Translations under genes and position numbers: made by a program
NCBI GenBank assembly: GCA_029337695.3
Contig: GCA_029337695.3_4851.1
DNA from: a phage
DNA length: 46,785 nt
Reading direction: 5' to 3' (one strand)
Part shown: positions 43,726 through 46,785 of the stretch, piece by piece
Position numbering within the stretch: position 1 is the first letter of the stretch
Layout: the number at the start of each line of letters is the position of its first letter
The notes under the pieces: generated by a model
What the model saw: only the letters and a program-made list of their open reading frames with translations
Told to the model about the DNA's origin: nothing
Databases searched by the model: none

Positions 43726-44262
43726 CTACAGACGCATAGGCATAACAACAATCTTCGCAGTCTCGCCAGTTGGCGCACTAAGACAGCAAACTGCGGCATT
43801 TGTGTTTCCATTCAATTCAAACTTAACGACACAGAATTTAGGGTTAAACAGCTTGGCCACTTTCTCAACATCAACAAGATAGCCAGCATTGAAGCCGATT
43901 TCCTCTGTTGGCGAGGTCTGCTTCGGAATGATGCGGTCAATATCCGGGAATCGTCCGTCAATCTCTTCGCAGATACCAGTGCCAACCATCACGCCAGCTT
44001 CATCATGATACGTTGCAATTTTCGACTTTGTATCAATAATGGCGTAGTCATAGCGTTTTGTCGGAGACTTGCCAATCTTGATAATCACATTTTCTGTCAG
44101 CTTATTGTCATGACTGCCACCAATGAATGCGCGACGACCGTCAGTTGATGCAATACGACCATCAGGCATAAAGCAGATGCCGTTCAGGTAGTAACGCACA
44201 TCATTGCGCGCCTGAAATATTAATGCTGACTCAAGTAATAATTTGCTGATTTTTAGTTTCAT
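43726..44262 (-). CDS. truncated beta sliding clamp (DnaN) homolog: domain II plus C-terminal part of domain III
   Basis: 178 aa from the ATG. ARNDVRYYLNGICFM, ASTDGRRAF, IDGRFPDIDRIIPKQ, EIGFNAGYLVDV and C-terminal KIVVMPMRL parallel E. coli DnaN blocks QDVRYYLNGMLFE, ATDGHRLA, DGRFPDYRRVLPKN, EIGFNVSYVLDV and YVVMPMRL (from memory); no domain I. Confidence 0.7.
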   Translation of the reverse strand: MKLKISKLLLESALIFQARNDVRYYLNGICFMPDGRIASTDGRRAFIGGSHDNKLTENVIIKIGKSPTKRYDYAIIDTKSKIATYHDEAGVMVGTGICEEIDGRFPDIDRIIPKQTSPTEEIGFNAGYLVDVEKVAKLFNPKFCVVKFELNGNTNAAVCCLSAPTGETAKIVVMPMRL

Positions 44263-44434
44263 CACTTCACCTTAATCATGTGTTGTTTTGCAACCTTCAG
44301 GCATTCCTCAAAAATGCCTCCCTTCTTTGCGCTCTGATTGCGCTTGTAATACTGAATTGCCGCATCAATTGCCATCTGGTCGATATCTGGTAGCTTAGCG
44401 CGCAGTTGTTTTTCGATGAATTGTTCTGGTGTCA
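44262..44434 (-). CDS. small hypothetical protein (57 aa)
   Basis: MTPEQFIEKQLRAKLPDIDQ...; ATGA overlap with the clamp-like gene. Confidence 0.35.
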
Positions 44435-44650
44435 TTGAGTTATCCTTGTGTCTAATTGAGATTTGTAAAACAAATCAATACTTCCAAATGCTTTGTATTC
44501 AAATTTACCATTTTCGCGGCAAACCCGCTTTTCAAACCCATAATTGTCATTATTTGCCGTCCATGTTGTCACAGATAAGAAACCACTAGCCTGGACTATT
44601 GCGCCATTACCATCCCTGTCGCCGAACTTTATAATTTTGTAACGCATCAC
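44432..44650 (-). CDS. hypothetical protein
   Basis: 72-aa ORF coupled between the ParB-like and downstream genes. Confidence 0.4.
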   Translation of the reverse strand: MMRYKIIKFGDRDGNGAIVQASGFLSVTTWTANNDNYGFEKRVCRENGKFEYKAFGSIDLFYKSQLDTRITQ

Positions 44651-45456
44651 ATCTTCTCCAGAATTGCCATAACCTCGTGAATGTCAGCAACAGGAATCTG
44701 GATAAACTCCTCATCCTCAGCCACCACATGACCAGCAGGAAGAATCACGTGATCTGCTTGCTTCAACAGCTCAATCAGGCGGTCTACTGGCTTAATCTTT
44801 TTGGACTTCAGCACTTTGGCTGTGACCTTATCCTTGCCTTGCGCCTTCGCTTCCTCGACTGCCTCGTCGATAACTTTAACCGCATCATCGCCATGTTCGC
44901 GCGTTACCGCTACGGCGTTTGCATAGCTGATTTGCCCTGCACTGATTCGTGCCTTCACTTCCGCTGGCAAATCACCCAATGACAGGTGCATTTGCACGTC
45001 AGATACTGAGCGACCTACCTTCTTAGCGATTTCCTCATTAGTCCAGCCAAAGCCTTTCAGTCGCGTGTAAGCCTTTGCACGTTCAAACGGGTCGAGCTGC
45101 TTGCCCTGGCTGGATGACACCATGAAGGCAATTTTATCCGCCTCATCGCCAGTGAAATCTTTGCACTCAATGCGAACGATTGGTGCGCCACGCTCAATGG
45201 CACGCAATGCGCCGAGATAGCGGTGCTGACCATCAAGAATGCGAATTCCCTTCTCGTCTGGAATAACTGTTAATGCTGGTAGTGGCTGGCCTGATTCCCA
45301 GCACTGCGCAAAATATTCAACGTGTTGCTCATCTGCTTCACGGATGTTGTATCCCGGCTCCAGATAAATTTGCTCCACTGGTACGAGATAGGTTTTGTTT
45401 ACCGCAATGCCGTTGCGCGTCTCTTTGTCTGAATAGATTTTGCTGAGTGTTTTCAT
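44647..45456 (-). CDS. ParB-like N-terminal domain protein with HTH
   Basis: ParB-box-like IRILDGQHRY and HTH segment WTNEEIAKKVGRSVSDVQMHLSL. Confidence 0.7.
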   Translation of the reverse strand: MKTLSKIYSDKETRNGIAVNKTYLVPVEQIYLEPGYNIREADEQHVEYFAQCWESGQPLPALTVIPDEKGIRILDGQHRYLGALRAIERGAPIVRIECKDFTGDEADKIAFMVSSSQGKQLDPFERAKAYTRLKGFGWTNEEIAKKVGRSVSDVQMHLSLGDLPAEVKARISAGQISYANAVAVTREHGDDAVKVIDEAVEEAKAQGKDKVTAKVLKSKKIKPVDRLIELLKQADHVILPAGHVVAEDEEFIQIPVADIHEVMAILEKM

Positions 45457-45815
45457 TGTTTCTTTCCTAATGCTTTATTGATAGATTCTTCAGCTAACAG
45501 CAATTCTTCTGGGTATTGTTCATTCCAGTTTTGTTTGTATGCTTTGTTAAGCATTTTTTGCAGAGCTTCAAGCAACTCAGGTGCCGCCGCCATTAAATTA
45601 AAATCATGCTCAACACTGCCATCAATCTCCCAATGCATCCCGTTGTATTTGGCACCCTTACTAGAGAAGGCGATGTTTCTGTCATCGTCATAGTGACAAC
45701 CAGGCGTGTCATCAGCTCTACAAGACGGGTAAACCGCTGCGCAACCACCGCGAATATCTGCAACCCACGGACCGGGCGTGCCTTTAAATTCTTTCATCTC
45801 CATCACCTCTAACAT
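45453..45815 (-). CDS. conserved phage protein, paralog of 33273-33587
   Basis: Shares MKEFKGTPGPW ... AAAPELLEALQ ... KALG blocks with the 104-aa protein at 33273-33587. Confidence 0.5.
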   Translation of the reverse strand: MLEVMEMKEFKGTPGPWVADIRGGCAAVYPSCRADDTPGCHYDDDRNIAFSSKGAKYNGMHWEIDGSVEHDFNLMAAAPELLEALQKMLNKAYKQNWNEQYPEELLLAEESINKALGKKQ

Positions 45816-45821
45816 TTATTG

Positions 45822-45867
45822 TTGCTTCTACGTCACTAACTATAAACGCCACATCAATCTACGTCAA
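45822..45867 (+). promoter_or_regulatory. divergent promoter region with two AATCTACGTCA motif copies
   Basis: TTCTACGTCAC (45822-45836) and CAATCTACGTCAA (45855-45867) between divergent operons. Confidence 0.45.
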
Positions 45868-45915
45868 CAGGAATATGCTAAAATCATGCTAATCAAACAA
45901 CAGGAGATTTAAGCA

Positions 45916-46056
45916 TGGTTAAGTGCATCAAGAAAAATGGGTCGACGAATGGCCCTTCTCGTTCTCGCGCTACTGGCAATACCAAAACTGGCGGCAAAAC
46001 TGGCGCAGTGAAGCCAAACGGCTCCACCCGCTCACCATCGCGCGGTAAGAAATAAT
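45916..46056 (+). CDS. small basic low-complexity protein (46 aa)
   Basis: MVKCIKKNGSTNGPSRSRATGNTKTGGKTGAVKPNGSTRSPSRGKK, with a GGAG RBS. Confidence 0.35.
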
Positions 46057-46495
46057 GTTCGGCGCAGACGTTGCCATCATGATCATGTATGCGCTTGGTT
46101 TTGCCTGCACGGGCATGGTCGCGTTTCTGGTGTTCATTCCGGCAATGGTGATGTCTGTGTATCTTGGATGGGTGCTTGTTGATTCATTTCCCGCCGAATA
46201 TCTGTATTACCTTGCGCAGTCTATGGTCTGGTTGTTCCCGGCTATCGCACTGCGCAAAAGTACAAAGATGGCGCTCTGCGCGCTGACGATGAGCCTTTAC
46301 GAATGGCTGGTAGCGATAGAGTCATTCGTATGGGAATTTATCACGCCTGTAGAAACGCCGCTTCATGCGCAGTACGCATTTATTATTATCGGCATCCATC
46401 TGTTCATCCTTTCCATCACTTTTAAATGGGGCGGCGAAATTGGACATTATTCTTGGCGTGGTCGCCATTGTTTTTTCGCTGATTCAAATCTATAA
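46055..46495 (+). CDS. polytopic membrane protein
   Basis: 146 aa with about four hydrophobic helices; ATGA overlap with the previous ORF. Confidence 0.45.
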   Translation: MFGADVAIMIMYALGFACTGMVAFLVFIPAMVMSVYLGWVLVDSFPAEYLYYLAQSMVWLFPAIALRKSTKMALCALTMSLYEWLVAIESFVWEFITPVETPLHAQYAFIIIGIHLFILSITFKWGGEIGHYSWRGRHCFFADSNL

Positions 46496-46527
46496 GTGCT
46501 GGAAACATATCATCAGCGAGACACGCA

Positions 46528-46785
46528 ATGAACGGGACACTAAGGCAAGTCGCAGAGCAGATTATAAGCGGAACGACAGGACAGGTGATTGATAAAGCTG
46601 GGTATGCTTCTATTGGAACCGGCATCGGCATGAAAGTTGCAGAGCAAACACCTGTCACGCAATCTTATTTTGAGACTATGATTCCACACTCATTAACAGA
46701 GTGGGCGGCGGTTGCATCAATACTTGGTGCGCTATCTCTGGTAATAAAAAACCTCTTTGAAATGTGGTGGAAGGTACGGGAGTCG
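46528..46785 (+). CDS. holin-like small membrane protein, 3'-partial at window edge
   Basis: ATG at 46528; Gly-rich segment GYASIGTGIG then TM-like EWAAVASILGALSLVI and basic WWKVRES; the second segment loosely resembles S21-type pinholins. Runs off the window. Confidence 0.3.
   Translation, partial: MNGTLRQVAEQIISGTTGQVIDKAGYASIGTGIGMKVAEQTPVTQSYFETMIPHSLTEWAAVASILGALSLVIKNLFEMWWKVRES

Noticed and set aside
46365-46592. Overlapping 75-aa ORF in an alternative frame to the membrane protein at 46055-46495.
   Set aside because: It has no ATG start in frame with its hydrophobic segment and overlaps two better-supported ORFs; likely spurious.

Overview
This 46.8-kb window is a large part of a tailed dsDNA bacteriophage genome with an enterobacterial siphovirus-like layout. 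No integrase or CI-like repressor is visible, so it is probably virulent. All calls rest on reading the supplied six-frame translations and on remembered family signatures; no database search was run. Layout: head-tail joining and tail genes (1-13 kb: major tail protein, chaperone, tape measure, gpM/L/K/I-J-like tip proteins, tail fibre with C-terminal S74 chaperone domain); a minus-strand recombination/replication module (14-19.2 kb: SSB, HNH, Erf, PD-(D/E)XK exonuclease, VRR-NUC, SF2 helicase) with a divergent primase; a 4-gene minus operon of unknown function (20.2-22.8 kb) next to an AT-rich iteron region (22.9-23.3 kb); early small genes; terS/terL; a small-gene island; portal; an endonuclease; a head morphogenesis gene; a lysis cassette (endolysin, putative holin, Rz with embedded Rz1); accessory operons; protease/scaffold and major capsid protein. 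The most striking item is a 179-aa truncated beta sliding clamp (DnaN) homolog at 43726-44262 that keeps domain II and the C-terminal pocket residues, co-operonic with a ParB-like protein. Other notable items: a near-consensus LexA box beside a 32-aa membrane peptide and a truncated lambda R-like lysozyme fragment; three free-standing homing endonucleases; a conserved AATCTAC(A/G)YCA element at about ten promoter regions; and a superinfection-immunity/DUF551 moron inside the tail module.
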